Source of the DNA: Alphaproteobacteria bacterium
Lineage (GTDB): Bacteria; Pseudomonadota; Alphaproteobacteria; G965222575
Direction: 5' to 3'
Assembly: GCA_965222575.1 (NCBI GenBank)
Contig: OZ244958.1
Coordinates: 96,001-160,000, forward strand
Length of the DNA: 64,000 nucleotides
Position 1 is the first letter of the stretch; each line of letters starts with the position of its first letter. The notes under the pieces were generated by a model. The model was not told the DNA's origin and made no database searches. It saw only the letters and a list, made by a program, of their open reading frames with translations. A program made the position numbers and the translations under genes. This document shows positions 41,852 to 51,490 of this stretch, in pieces.

Positions 41852-43342
41852 CTATTTTTTCTCCCAACATGTTGAGATATAGTGGTGTAATAAACGCACC
41901 CCCCACCCCGTAGCAGTCTTAGGAGGCGTCAAAGGCCCACCGGGCGTTCCAAAGGCTACACCCGCAATATCTAAATGGCACCACTTTGTACTGCTTTTAA
42001 TAAAGCGCTTGAGAAAATGAGCCGCAGTGCTACTACCCCCCCACCGTATAGTAGAGGTGTTCGTCATATCGGCAATAGGGTCGTTAATGGCTTTTTCAAA
42101 ATACGCATCCATAGGCATAAGCCAAAGCTTCTCACCAACGATTTTACCGGAGTCAATCAGTCGTTTCCCCACTGCCTGATTATTGGTAAAGAGGCCGCCA
42201 AATTCATGGCCGAGAGGGACTAAAATCGCCCCCGTAAGGGTCGCTAAGTTAATCAGCACATCAGGGGTATGGTGTTCTTGCATGTAATGCAGCACATCGG
42301 CTAGGACTAATCGTCCTTCAGCATCGGTATTATTGACTGCAATGGTTTGTCCGGACAAGGAGGTGACAATATCTCCCGGTCTTTGCGCCCGCCCAGAGGG
42401 CATATTTTCCACAAGTCCAAGGGCACCGGAGACATTAAGAGGCGCCTTGCGTTTCGCCAAAGCCATAAAAGTCCCTACCACAGCAGCCGCACCCCCCATA
42501 TCATATTTCATGTCCTGCATGCCAGCAGAAGGTTTCAAGGAAATCCCTCCCGTATCAAAAGTCACCCCTTTTCCCACAAGACAAAGCGGCGCCTGTTTCT
42601 CTTTCTTATCCCCCCCCCTCCACTGTAAAGTTACCATATAACTTTCATTAACAGAGCCTCTCCCAACAGCTAAAAGCGCCTGCATTCCAAGTTTTTTCAG
42701 AGCAGCTTCTTTATAAATCGTCACCGCAACGCCTAAAGGCTTAAGGGCTTTTTCCGTACGGTGCGCTACTTCCGCAGGCGTCATCACATTGCCCGGTTCT
42801 TCCTGCAACTCTCTAGCAAAGAAGACCCCCTCCCGCACAGCAGACAAAATGCTTAAGCTAGCTTTTGTTCCTGCTATTTTCCCCTTGCCAACAGCAACGG
42901 AAAGCTTTTGTAAGGAGCGCGGCTTTGGTTTTGGCTTCGTTTTATAGCCCTCAAAGACGTAACGTGCGAAAAAAGCCCCATTGGCAAGAAAAGCCCCCGG
43001 CGTTGATACTTTCTCACTGAGCCCTTTCCCTAAAAAAGAGACACTCGCCTCCTCCACCTTACAACTATCTAACCACTTGACTAAGGCTGCCCCTGCTTTC
43101 TCTAAAGCTAGTGCGCTCAGATGCGGTTTTTTTCCTAACCCCAAAGCAACAACAGTCTCCTTACCTTTAAGCCCTAACAAAGGCACAATTTTGCCTACTT
43201 CCCCCTTGAACTTCATAGTACTAAGCAAGGCATTGATTGTAGCACTTTGTACCGACTCCGTGGAAACGCCCCCTAAGACTGGAATCACTAAAACAGACGA
43301 AGGGGAAAGAGAGGTGGAAAAGCGAATTTTTAAGGAGGACAT
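41852..43342 (-). CDS. pepA: Leucyl aminopeptidase (M17)
   Basis: VGKGVTFDTGG, MKYDMGG, NTDAEGRL. Confidence 0.97.
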   Translation of the reverse strand: MSSLKIRFSTSLSPSSVLVIPVLGGVSTESVQSATINALLSTMKFKGEVGKIVPLLGLKGKETVVALGLGKKPHLSALALEKAGAALVKWLDSCKVEEASVSFLGKGLSEKVSTPGAFLANGAFFARYVFEGYKTKPKPKPRSLQKLSVAVGKGKIAGTKASLSILSAVREGVFFARELQEEPGNVMTPAEVAHRTEKALKPLGVAVTIYKEAALKKLGMQALLAVGRGSVNESYMVTLQWRGGDKKEKQAPLCLVGKGVTFDTGGISLKPSAGMQDMKYDMGGAAAVVGTFMALAKRKAPLNVSGALGLVENMPSGRAQRPGDIVTSLSGQTIAVNNTDAEGRLVLADVLHYMQEHHTPDVLINLATLTGAILVPLGHEFGGLFTNNQAVGKRLIDSGKIVGEKLWLMPMDAYFEKAINDPIADMTNTSTIRWGGSSTAAHFLKRFIKSSTKWCHLDIAGVAFGTPGGPLTPPKTATGWGVRLLHHYISTCWEKK

Positions 43343-43503
43343 GAGGAATTTTTAAGTGTGTCTTGCGTTGGAAAAATACTGCTACTGCCTTACAGTAGCC
43401 TTAAGAATAGTATAACAAGAGGGCAGGGGAAAGGAAAATTTTTTCGTGCATGTTAATAGGATTGGTGATATGCTCCTAAGTTAAGATAAGGGTGAGACAG
43501 GTT

Positions 43504-43812
43504 ATGGAAACGCTAGCCTTAATTTTTCATGTGATGATAAGTATCACGATGATTATTGCAATTATTTTGCAAAATCTAGACGTTTCTGGTGCCTTAGGCA
43601 TAGGGAACACGAATATAGGGTCAGGTGGGGTACGCGTTGATATGCCAACGAAGTTAACGGCATGGTTAGGGGTGCTGTTTTTTTGTACCTCTTTAGGCAT
43701 AGCGATGTTATCGGGAGGAAATCAAAGTTTGATACCGCCCGCACCGCCTAGTGTTCCGCAAGTCCCTCTTCCGGGTATTTCCTCTTCTGGTGAGGAAGGG
43801 TCTAGTTCGTGA
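43504..43812 (+). CDS. secG: Preprotein translocase subunit SecG
   Basis: Two TM helices with Gly-rich loop, TKLTAWLGVLFF; directly upstream of pyrG. Confidence 0.85.
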   Translation: METLALIFHVMISITMIIAIILQNLDVSGALGIGNTNIGSGGVRVDMPTKLTAWLGVLFFCTSLGIAMLSGGNQSLIPPAPPSVPQVPLPGISSSGEEGSSS

Positions 43813-43846
43813 GGCAGGGAAGACTTGTCACCAACACTTCTGTGTA

Positions 43847-45490
43847 ATGCGAAAGTACATTTTTATTACAGGAGGGGTTATGTCATCCTTAGGGAAAGGG
43901 GTAGCCTGTGCTTCCATGGGTGCCCTTTTACAAGGATGTGGTTATCAGGTACGGTTGAGGAAGTTAGACCCGTATTTTAACATAGACCCCGGCACTATGA
44001 ATCCCTATCAGCATGGGGAAGTCTTTGTAACGGAAGATGGACAAGAAACAGACTTAGATTTGGGACATTATGAGCGTTTTACCAATGTGAATACCTCTGC
44101 TAATAGCAATATCACCTCTGGGAGGATTTACCAAGAAGTCCTGGAGAAGGAGCGGCGCGGCGAGTACTTGGGAAAGACCATACAGGTTGTCCCCCACATA
44201 ACGGAGGTTTTGAAGAAGTTTATTTTTTCAGGCTCTAAGAAGGAGGAGATTAACATTTTGGAGATAGGGGGGACGGTAGGCGATATTGAGTCACAGCCTT
44301 TTCTAGAAACCATACGTCAAATTGGCCAGCAGTTACCACGGAAAGATGTTTTGTATCTGCACCTGACTTACGTTCCTTACCTAAAGGCACCGGGAGAGCT
44401 TAAAACGAAGCCAACGCAGCACTCGGTAAAGGAGCTCAGAGCCATGGGGATACAGCCTGATATTTTGTTATGCCGCTGTGATAGAAGGTTGCCCTCAAAG
44501 GAACGAGAGAAGATATCGCTGTTTTGCCAACTCCCTAAGAGTTGCGTCATAGAAGCCATTGATACGGATAATATTTATAAAGTGCCGTTATTATTAGATG
44601 AGCAGGGGTTACCGGAGCAGGTATTGTCTCACTTTGAATTGCCGTCTAAGAAGAAAAACTTAGGGAAGTGGGAGAGGATAGAGAAGGCATTAGCAGCTCA
44701 GTCTCGTTCAAAGAAGAAAGTAACAATTGGTGTGATAGGGAAATATACAGGGCTTAGGGATTCCTATCGTTCAATTGAAGAGGCGCTTTTTCATGGCGCT
44801 CTTCATCATGGAGTAGACCTAACGGTACGATTACTGGATTCCTCGCGTCTTGAGAAGTCATTAGAGCCGTTAACCTCCTGTGATGGGCTATTGATTCCGG
44901 GAGGCTTTGGCACGCGGGGGTTAGAAGGGAAAATCAAAACGGCAGGGTATGCACGCGAGCAGCGCATTCCCTTTTTTGGTATCTGTTTAGGGTTACAGGT
45001 CTCCGTAATTTCCTTTGCGCGCGATGTCTGTTCTCTCAAGGGAGCAAGCACTATGGAAGAGGCAAAGACTCCGCCGGTAGACCCTGTGATTTGTACTTTA
45101 CACCAGTGGTTATCGGCTGGACTCGTAGAGAAACGTTCCGGGAAGGAATCCAAAGGGGGAACCATGCGTCTAGGATGTTATCCCTGCCATCTGAAACACA
45201 ATAGTCTGATTCAGAAAATTTACCAAAAGAAAAAGGTATTGGAAAGACACCGTCACCGTTATGAACTCAATGGGAAGTACAAATCTCTCTTTGAAGCCAA
45301 CGGTCTCATTGCCAGTGGTCTATCAAAGGACAATCAGTTGATAGAAGCTATGGAATACACCCCTCACCCGTGGTACATAGGGGTTCAATTTCACCCGGAA
45401 TTCGCTTCACGCCCCTTTGAGCCACACCCTCTTTTTGTTTCGTTCATAGAAGCGACTCTTATGAAGCATGAGAGCAGCAGTAAGGGGTAG
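43847..45490 (+). CDS. pyrG: CTP synthase
   Basis: KYIFITGGVMSSLGKG, GICLG, QFHPEF. Confidence 0.98.
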   Translation: MRKYIFITGGVMSSLGKGVACASMGALLQGCGYQVRLRKLDPYFNIDPGTMNPYQHGEVFVTEDGQETDLDLGHYERFTNVNTSANSNITSGRIYQEVLEKERRGEYLGKTIQVVPHITEVLKKFIFSGSKKEEINILEIGGTVGDIESQPFLETIRQIGQQLPRKDVLYLHLTYVPYLKAPGELKTKPTQHSVKELRAMGIQPDILLCRCDRRLPSKEREKISLFCQLPKSCVIEAIDTDNIYKVPLLLDEQGLPEQVLSHFELPSKKKNLGKWERIEKALAAQSRSKKKVTIGVIGKYTGLRDSYRSIEEALFHGALHHGVDLTVRLLDSSRLEKSLEPLTSCDGLLIPGGFGTRGLEGKIKTAGYAREQRIPFFGICLGLQVSVISFARDVCSLKGASTMEEAKTPPVDPVICTLHQWLSAGLVEKRSGKESKGGTMRLGCYPCHLKHNSLIQKIYQKKKVLERHRHRYELNGKYKSLFEANGLIASGLSKDNQLIEAMEYTPHPWYIGVQFHPEFASRPFEPHPLFVSFIEATLMKHESSSKG

Positions 45491-45500
45491 AGGAGATTTT

Positions 45501-46193
45501 TTACAGTGGGATGGTCTGAAGTGTTAAGGTTGTAGACCAACGATTGGTTTCCTCTTGGATAAGAGGTGTCATGTGTCCTTTGACACAGCGCCATACATAT
45601 TGATTGTGTTCGACAGCACCGAGAAAGAAAGGCTTTGTTGCAAAGTCAGTGACATGGGCAAACTCCTCCCAATGAGAGAGAGTATCAGGGGTGATAAAAG
45701 CGAAGGTTAAGGTTCCTTGTGTGAGGATATTGCGCAGGGAGGTGTGCAAAGCCCCTGTGTAGAGTTTTTCAAGTTGGAGTTCCGCCTGTTCTGTGAAACG
45801 ATAGGGGAGGAGTGGAGGGAAGACATTGAGTTGTTTCCCTGCTATCACATGAGAGGCATAGAGGGGGGTTTTGAGTCGTAAAGCGCCGTAAAAAGGTTGT
45901 GAAAATTCCAATGTGATGACGAAACGCTGAGGGGTCGAGAGTTTGGGGGGGTAGGGGGGGGTATAGTGAAACTGGATGGTGGGGGTTTGAGGAGGAATAG
46001 GGGCATGATGGTGGGGGTTTTCCTCTGATAGGAGGAGTGTGTGTGGGGTGTGGTTATGTTGTGTTGTGAGTCCTATGAGGGCTATATGTGTGGCATTTTG
46101 TAGTAGCGGTGTTGGGGTATTGCGGTCTAGTGGATATCCCAAAGGCGTGTGTTGTCCGAAGAGGAGTTTGAAATGGAAGGGTTCTGTTGTCAT
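45501..46193 (-). CDS. Putative distal tail protein
   Basis: Directly follows the tape measure gene; beta-rich; call is positional. Confidence 0.45.
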   Translation of the reverse strand: MTTEPFHFKLLFGQHTPLGYPLDRNTPTPLLQNATHIALIGLTTQHNHTPHTLLLSEENPHHHAPIPPQTPTIQFHYTPPYPPKLSTPQRFVITLEFSQPFYGALRLKTPLYASHVIAGKQLNVFPPLLPYRFTEQAELQLEKLYTGALHTSLRNILTQGTLTFAFITPDTLSHWEEFAHVTDFATKPFFLGAVEHNQYVWRCVKGHMTPLIQEETNRWSTTLTLQTIPL

Positions 46194-46871
46194 TTACAGT
46201 CCGTTATCTATGACAAGTGTTTTCAGATGAGCCCGTTTACGGTTTTGAGCGATTTCCATGAGGTCATCTAAGAGGCGTTCAGGGTCGTGTTGTTTTTGTA
46301 GAGAAACGTTAATAGTGATGTGTTGTTGTGTGTGTTGTGGTATTGGGGTTGGGCGCTCATCAGAAAGTAACCCTCCTTTTTTAAGCTGTGGAATTTTGTG
46401 TTCATTGATTTGTTTGAGGAGTGGATAAAAAGCTCTTGTAGCGCGTGCATTGACAATGAATTCCCCGTCTGAGAGGGCAATAATATTGGCATCATTTGTT
46501 GGAGAGCCTTTTCCTTTGAAGAGGCCGCCTTTTGAGAAAGAAGGGAAGGAGGGAGAGGAGGAGGAAGGGCTTTGTGAAGAGAGGGAGGTTTTGAGGCTTC
46601 GAAAGGATTGAGCAAGGTTTCTGTTTTGTTGTGAGAGGATAGAGACGGCTTTAGCGGCAGAGGAGAGGGATTGGGTATAGGCTTTACTATTGTTTTTCAG
46701 TATGTTGAAGGATTGGGAAAGGGTGAAGGTATATTTGAGGGTTTCCATGAAGGAGGCGGCAACGTTACTAGCGTGTTGCTTGAGGGTTTTGAGGGAGGAA
46801 GAGAGGGTATTAACTTGCTGTGAAGCGTTTTGAGTAGAAGCGGTGACTTCGAGTTCAACAGAAAGCGTCAT
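46194..46871 (-). CDS. Miniature tape measure protein
   Basis: N-terminal LSVELEVTAST plus helical region; C-terminal FSKGG...G...D...ALSDGEFIVNARAT motif typical of tape measure C-termini. Confidence 0.75.
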   Translation of the reverse strand: MTLSVELEVTASTQNASQQVNTLSSSLKTLKQHASNVAASFMETLKYTFTLSQSFNILKNNSKAYTQSLSSAAKAVSILSQQNRNLAQSFRSLKTSLSSQSPSSSSPSFPSFSKGGLFKGKGSPTNDANIIALSDGEFIVNARATRAFYPLLKQINEHKIPQLKKGGLLSDERPTPIPQHTQQHITINVSLQKQHDPERLLDDLMEIAQNRKRAHLKTLVIDNGL

Positions 46872-46877
46872 GGGGAA

Positions 46878-47291
46878 TCAGGAGAGATGTTCAATGGAGA
46901 ATCTATCCATCCAGAAGAGTCCACTTTCTATGATATCCATGAGGGTACCCAGTGAGAAGAAGACTTTGAAGGGAAAGGGATGTGTGAGGAGAGCGTTTCT
47001 AACGGTGCGGCGTTGTTTTTCCAGTGTGATGATAGCACGCGAAGTATTGACGCGGGAGGAGTGTTGTGTTGTGGTGCCTTGGATACCGAAGATGACGCCA
47101 ACGGTAGTGGTCATATGAGCTGTATTGGTATTGCCTAGAGGTTCATTAGCTTTTTGTTGCAGGGGTGTCATGAGGAGGCAAGGGATGGTATAGTTTTCTA
47201 TATTTTGCGTTTGCAGGAGCCACTGAATATCGTGCTTACGGGCAAGAACTTCAAAGACCTCTTGAAATGGTGAGGTGATGAGGGGTGTCAT
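46878..47291 (-). CDS. Putative tail terminator (gp37-like)
   Basis: Position, IPCLLM, C-terminal LFWMDRF. Confidence 0.55.
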   Translation of the reverse strand: MTPLITSPFQEVFEVLARKHDIQWLLQTQNIENYTIPCLLMTPLQQKANEPLGNTNTAHMTTTVGVIFGIQGTTTQHSSRVNTSRAIITLEKQRRTVRNALLTHPFPFKVFFSLGTLMDIIESGLFWMDRFSIEHLS

Positions 47292-47695
47292 GAGGAGCGT
47301 GTGGGGTTAAGGTCTGAGAGGATATCCTTTATGAGGGTTTGGATATGGTCGTGATGGAGTCCGAGGAAAGGTCTTGCGGGCACAGTTTTTGTTCCGAATT
47401 GATGGAGTGGTGCATAGTGGAGGGGTGAGCCAACGGAGAAAGCGTTGTGTCGGAGATGTATGAGGAAGGAATTTTTGAGTTGGCCGGTTTTGACGAGGGC
47501 TTTACGTTTGGGGCGTTGATTTTTAAGAGGGGCCCAATGTTTGCCGTCTGGGGTGCGTTGAGAGAAGAATCGATGACGGGTTTCTTCAAGAGCATGGTGT
47601 GCATTTTTTCGCAGAGCCCCTTGGATATTCATCTCCGCCATTCTTTCAATAGCATGAAGAACAGAAGAGAAATTGCGAAGCGCAAAACGCATCAC
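47288..47695 (-). CDS. Phage virion morphogenesis protein (Mu gpG-like)
   Basis: RF..QRTPDGKHWAPL, TGQLKNS, YAPLHQFG, PARPFLG. Confidence 0.92.
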   Translation of the reverse strand: MMRFALRNFSSVLHAIERMAEMNIQGALRKNAHHALEETRHRFFSQRTPDGKHWAPLKNQRPKRKALVKTGQLKNSFLIHLRHNAFSVGSPLHYAPLHQFGTKTVPARPFLGLHHDHIQTLIKDILSDLNPTRSS

Positions 47696-48051
47696 TGATG
47701 AGACACACGTTGTGTTTGTACGCCCGCCATGAGAGGTTTTTTGTGTTCGGTATCGCCTAGAGAAATTTTTCGTTGTGCAACATTTTGTAGGAACGAAATA
47801 GCATCCTCATATCGTTTCGCAATGGAAGGCGGCACATCAAAGACAAACAACCGAAAGCAAACGATATCAAAGACAGCCGTTGCAATAGCTCTGATAGCCC
47901 ACTGATTAGTCCCTTTAGGCATAACGCTTGCGGTATAACCGAAGGCAAGGGCATTGCTATCACTGAGGACTTCTCTTAGGAGAGAATCCTGCCAAGAGAT
48001 ATCGCTAGCAGTTAGTCGGTCTTTACAAGCCTTGAGGTCAAGATATTCCAT
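47692..48051 (-). CDS. Head-tail adaptor, Mu gp36 / DUF1320
   Basis: DIVCFRL, RYEDAISFLQNVAQRKISLG. Confidence 0.88.
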   Translation of the reverse strand: MEYLDLKACKDRLTASDISWQDSLLREVLSDSNALAFGYTASVMPKGTNQWAIRAIATAVFDIVCFRLFVFDVPPSIAKRYEDAISFLQNVAQRKISLGDTEHKKPLMAGVQTQRVSHQ

Positions 48052-48052
48052 A

Positions 48053-48928
48053 CTAACTCATCCATGGTGTAACAAGGAGAGAAGCAGAATCCTTCCAGAT
48101 ATTAGACGCATTAGAAGATACTGTGTCAGCATAGAGAATTTTTCGTGCATCCTCTTCTAGTGCAGGCGGTACAACAAGGAGATTCGGCATGATTCCTAAA
48201 GAGATGTTGTCTTTTCCTTTGAGGTTTTGGAGAGCCTGCCTAGCAGTTTTATAAGTCGCAGCAGAAAGTGCGGCCTTAGAGCCATAAGCGAGTTGCCAAA
48301 GCCCGAACCCTGCTGCTACGCGCGCCGTAACACCAAAGAGCAGTTCATCTCTACGATAAACAGTATCAGAGTCCATAGTATCAAGGGAATCGAAACGATA
48401 ATCCTTTCTGACTTGCCAAATGAGGGGTTTCAAAGCCTGAGAGGTATCCATTAACACCCAGGGAGTGTCTGATCCACCAGCAGTATTACTATTATCCGTC
48501 CCGCGCTCTGTTGAAAAGAAGGGCTTCCCATCGTAAGCTTTTGCTGTCCACCCTTCTTTGAGAAGTGAGAAGAGAACGGCATTAGGGTGCTGGGCTGCTT
48601 GTCGTCCGAGGATACGGGCTCGAGTGGCGTAGAGTCCATATTTATCGTCGTCTATATCATCCTTTTTGACAGAGATAGTCTTTTCGTACTTCTTATTCTT
48701 GATAGCAAAGGAGTGACCAGAGAGTTCAGACACAGCACGTTCGCCTATCCATTCTTTGAGGCTATGGTCATCGGAAAGCCAAGCATAATCTTCCGTATCA
48801 GAAGTCGAGTTCACAATAAGGGCAATCTTTTTATAGTCACCAGCTGCCGGAGAGACAGAAAGTCCTTCTTGGAAAGCGGTTTTGTATCCTGTGTTAAGCC
48901 GTAAGGTAAAATTGGTATCAAAAGTCAT
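48053..48928 (-). CDS. Major capsid protein, Mu gpT-like
   Basis: YAWL, KEWIGER, IKNKKYEKTISV..DDIDDD, AGFGLWQLAYGS, PNLLVVPPALE. Confidence 0.95.
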   Translation of the reverse strand: MTFDTNFTLRLNTGYKTAFQEGLSVSPAAGDYKKIALIVNSTSDTEDYAWLSDDHSLKEWIGERAVSELSGHSFAIKNKKYEKTISVKKDDIDDDKYGLYATRARILGRQAAQHPNAVLFSLLKEGWTAKAYDGKPFFSTERGTDNSNTAGGSDTPWVLMDTSQALKPLIWQVRKDYRFDSLDTMDSDTVYRRDELLFGVTARVAAGFGLWQLAYGSKAALSAATYKTARQALQNLKGKDNISLGIMPNLLVVPPALEEDARKILYADTVSSNASNIWKDSASLLVTPWMS

Positions 48929-48972
48929 GGTCTGTATAGGGGATTGTGTGTTGAGGTTAAGGGAGGAAATTC

Positions 48973-49365
48973 TTAAGTAACAAAGACCCAAACTTTGCCA
49001 TCATCAAGCCCGATGACTTTGCCAAGTTCGGTAGAACCACTAGAGGTTTTAGTAACGGTATAGCTGTCGTGAATATGGACCTTTTTACCAACTTCAGTGA
49101 TTCCAACAGCAGCATTACTTGCGGCGTTCGTAAAAAGATAGGCTTCATTGCGCCTAATGACAATCTCTTTGTCACCATTCTCTCCTAATTGATTGTCCAC
49201 GGAATGGTCAGCAATACCAATAACAATAAGATTTTCTGCTTTTGTGGCTTCTTTAGCATATCCACCGTCTAAGATAACAATATGGCCTTTATCAATTTTT
49301 GTTTCGCCCTTGACAGGGACTTTACAAAGAGTTCCAGTAGTTCTTAAGGTATTAATAGCAGTCAT
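48973..49365 (-). CDS. Capsid decoration/cement protein (DUF2190-like)
   Basis: IGIADHSVDN..G..GD, GKVIGLDDGKVWV; between protease and capsid genes. Confidence 0.75.
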   Translation of the reverse strand: MTAINTLRTTGTLCKVPVKGETKIDKGHIVILDGGYAKEATKAENLIVIGIADHSVDNQLGENGDKEIVIRRNEAYLFTNAASNAAVGITEVGKKVHIHDSYTVTKTSSGSTELGKVIGLDDGKVWVFVT

Positions 49366-49374
49366 AATGTCTCC

Positions 49375-50253
49375 TTATGATGTAGTGTTCTGTTGATTAG
49401 CCATGAAAAGTGGGTAAGAAATGCCCATTTTTTGGCAAAATTCTTTATCGGATTCCGGCGCGGGTTTGAGGGAGCTTTTAGCGGTGTGAATAGGAAGGGA
49501 AGGCTCAAAGAGAGGTTTCAGAGCAGAAAGGATTTCTTCGCACTCTTTAGGGTTCTTTACAGCGAAACAGTTGATAGCAGGCCTTAAGGCTGGCATGAGG
49601 GCGCCGGATTGGATGGTTTGGTCAATGAGTTGCGTGAGTGGCGCTGAAGGCTGTTGTAGAGTCTCGTCTTTATGTTTTAGGACTTGCGTTGAAGCTACAG
49701 GGTTTTTCTTTTCCTGTTCTTTCTCATTATGGAAGAGAGAGGTCATATTGAGGTTAGGGATATTGGTTAAGGAAACGCGTTTGAGAGCAAGCACAATGAA
49801 GGCGTCGGTTTTTTTGTTATCGATTAAAAGGCGTTGTTTTTCGACTTTGAGGACAGGAGAGAGGGAGCGGTATTCTTTATTTTGGATAGCGTTTTTACCG
49901 ATTTCTGTCCATAGAATGCGGGCTTTGAGGGTATTGTTTTCTTGGAAGAGTTCTTGTATCCATCCAGCAGCTTTAGAACTAGCCCCTTTATCTGTGGAAT
50001 GGTCAAAGTCCACGGCAATGGGGAGGTCTGTGCTAAGGATAATGTCTTCAAGGCTTTTGATGATAAAGGGTCCACGTCCATCCTTTCCATAGAAGGGAGA
50101 TTGCGCGGGCAGGATTTGTATGATATGAGGAATACTGCTTTGGTGCGTTGAGGAGTCCTGTGGCACAATGAAGACAGATTCAGGAAGAGGCATAGTGGAA
50201 GTTGTCATAGTTTTGCTATTATGGAAGAAAGAGGAAAAGAAGTTCAGAGGCAC
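49375..50253 (-). CDS. Mu-like prohead protease/scaffold (gpI)
   Basis: DGRGPF, IAVDFDH, AAGWI, WT..G..AI.NKEYRSLSPV, SLTNIPNL. Confidence 0.92.
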   Translation of the reverse strand: MPLNFFSSFFHNSKTMTTSTMPLPESVFIVPQDSSTHQSSIPHIIQILPAQSPFYGKDGRGPFIIKSLEDIILSTDLPIAVDFDHSTDKGASSKAAGWIQELFQENNTLKARILWTEIGKNAIQNKEYRSLSPVLKVEKQRLLIDNKKTDAFIVLALKRVSLTNIPNLNMTSLFHNEKEQEKKNPVASTQVLKHKDETLQQPSAPLTQLIDQTIQSGALMPALRPAINCFAVKNPKECEEILSALKPLFEPSLPIHTAKSSLKPAPESDKEFCQKMGISYPLFMANQQNTTS

Positions 50254-50280
50254 TTTTTTTTTGACCGGGAGGATTCTGTT

Positions 50281-50613
50281 TTAGAGAGCTTTATGTACAG
50301 TAATACTGAGAGAGGCAGGGTTATTAGGAGTGATATGTAGAGAGCCTGCGAGGTCTCTGAAAGAGATACTGATACGCCACTGTCCGATTTGGTTAAAGGT
50401 CTCTTCGTAGAAAGAGAGTTTGATGATTCCTTTTTGTGCATTGTGTACGGAGGCCTGTGGAGATTTCAGGGCGGGGGATTTTTCAAGGGCGGCACGTGCT
50501 CTTATGTCCCAGATATCTGAGAGGTCAAGAGGCTGGTGTGTGTTCGTGTTGAGCAGTTGCAGAAGGAGAGGTGCAGACGAAAACTGAACGAGATGAAAAT
50601 GTAAAAGCGTCAC
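50281..50613 (-). CDS. Putative baseplate upper protein (BppU N-terminal-like)
   Basis: QPLDLS...NAQKGII...ETFNQIGQW pattern; inside virion operon. Confidence 0.45.
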   Translation of the reverse strand: MTLLHFHLVQFSSAPLLLQLLNTNTHQPLDLSDIWDIRARAALEKSPALKSPQASVHNAQKGIIKLSFYEETFNQIGQWRISISFRDLAGSLHITPNNPASLSITVHKAL

Positions 50614-50622
50614 GATGGGTAT

Positions 50623-50826
50623 TTAGCTAACGAAGACAATGTAATGGTGAGCGGAGAGGTATTGATTTGGCGTGACAAAAGCCCCGGCAGTGAGACTGAT
50701 ATTTTTCTTCAGGGAAAAGAAGGCATTAGCAACATACACATTTCGACCATTAACTTCGAAGGTAAGGAGTGTAGAAAGGTTTTCGAGTGCTGTTTCCTGT
50801 GGAGTACTTAGTTGTGGGAGTGTCAT
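50623..50826 (-). CDS. Small hypothetical phage protein
   Basis: 67 aa, overlaps upstream stop, inside operon. Confidence 0.5.
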   Translation of the reverse strand: MTLPQLSTPQETALENLSTLLTFEVNGRNVYVANAFFSLKKNISLTAGAFVTPNQYLSAHHYIVFVS

Positions 50827-51137
50827 GAGTTTTGTAAGAGGGTTTGCATAATGAGATTGGCTTCAGAGATTTTCGCAATGAGTTGTTGGTTCCATTTAAT
50901 AGTTGAGGCTTTAGCGAGGAAGAAAAGGTCTTGAATAGAGAAGCCGCCCCATGCGTTCTCATGATGTGTGCAGGCGTAAGGGTTTTGAGAGAGCAGTGTG
51001 AAGAGGGGGGTATTTTCTTTCATAATCCAGAATTTATTGTCATAACGGAAAAGAGGGTGTTGTGGAGTTTCGATGAGCAAGGAGTGGTTAGGGCTTCTGT
51101 CCTCTAGTTGATACAAAGAGGCCAGAGCCCTTGTGAG
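50823..51137 (-). CDS. Tail assembly chaperone, -1 frameshift extension (gpGT-like)
   Basis: Open in the -1 frame from the A AAA AAC slippery site at 51143-51137. Confidence 0.7.
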   Translation of the reverse strand, partial: LTRALASLYQLEDRSPNHSLLIETPQHPLFRYDNKFWIMKENTPLFTLLSQNPYACTHHENAWGGFSIQDLFFLAKASTIKWNQQLIAKISEANLIMQTLLQNS

Positions 51138-51490
51138 TTTTTTCGTTCTAGGGAGGTTGCGTAGTGTTTTTGAGTCTCTTCTATTCCGAAAAGGATAGAA
51201 AGGTAAGCGGTGACAAGAGCGCTTAAAACAGCAGGCATATTGAGAAGTGCGTGCTTGACTTGTTGAGAGAAAGCTAGTGGTTTATTGTTACGATTGACAA
51301 GGTCTGAAGCGTTGATGAAGGCTTTTTCCATGAGGAGTTTATCGGCATTTTTGCTATTGATGAGGCTTTTGATTTCGTGAGCAGAGAAGGTGAGAAACGT
51401 TGCAATGAAGGACTGGTTTTTTTCTTGTAGGGTGATGAGAGCGTTGAAGGGCACGGGACGTTGAGAAAGGATAAACATGCTGAGTTTCAA
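51104..51490 (-). CDS. Tail assembly chaperone (lambda gpG-like)
   Basis: Follows the tail tube gene; ends ...ERKNS over the slippery heptamer. Confidence 0.75.
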   Translation of the reverse strand: MKLSMFILSQRPVPFNALITLQEKNQSFIATFLTFSAHEIKSLINSKNADKLLMEKAFINASDLVNRNNKPLAFSQQVKHALLNMPAVLSALVTAYLSILFGIEETQKHYATSLERKNSQGLWPLCIN

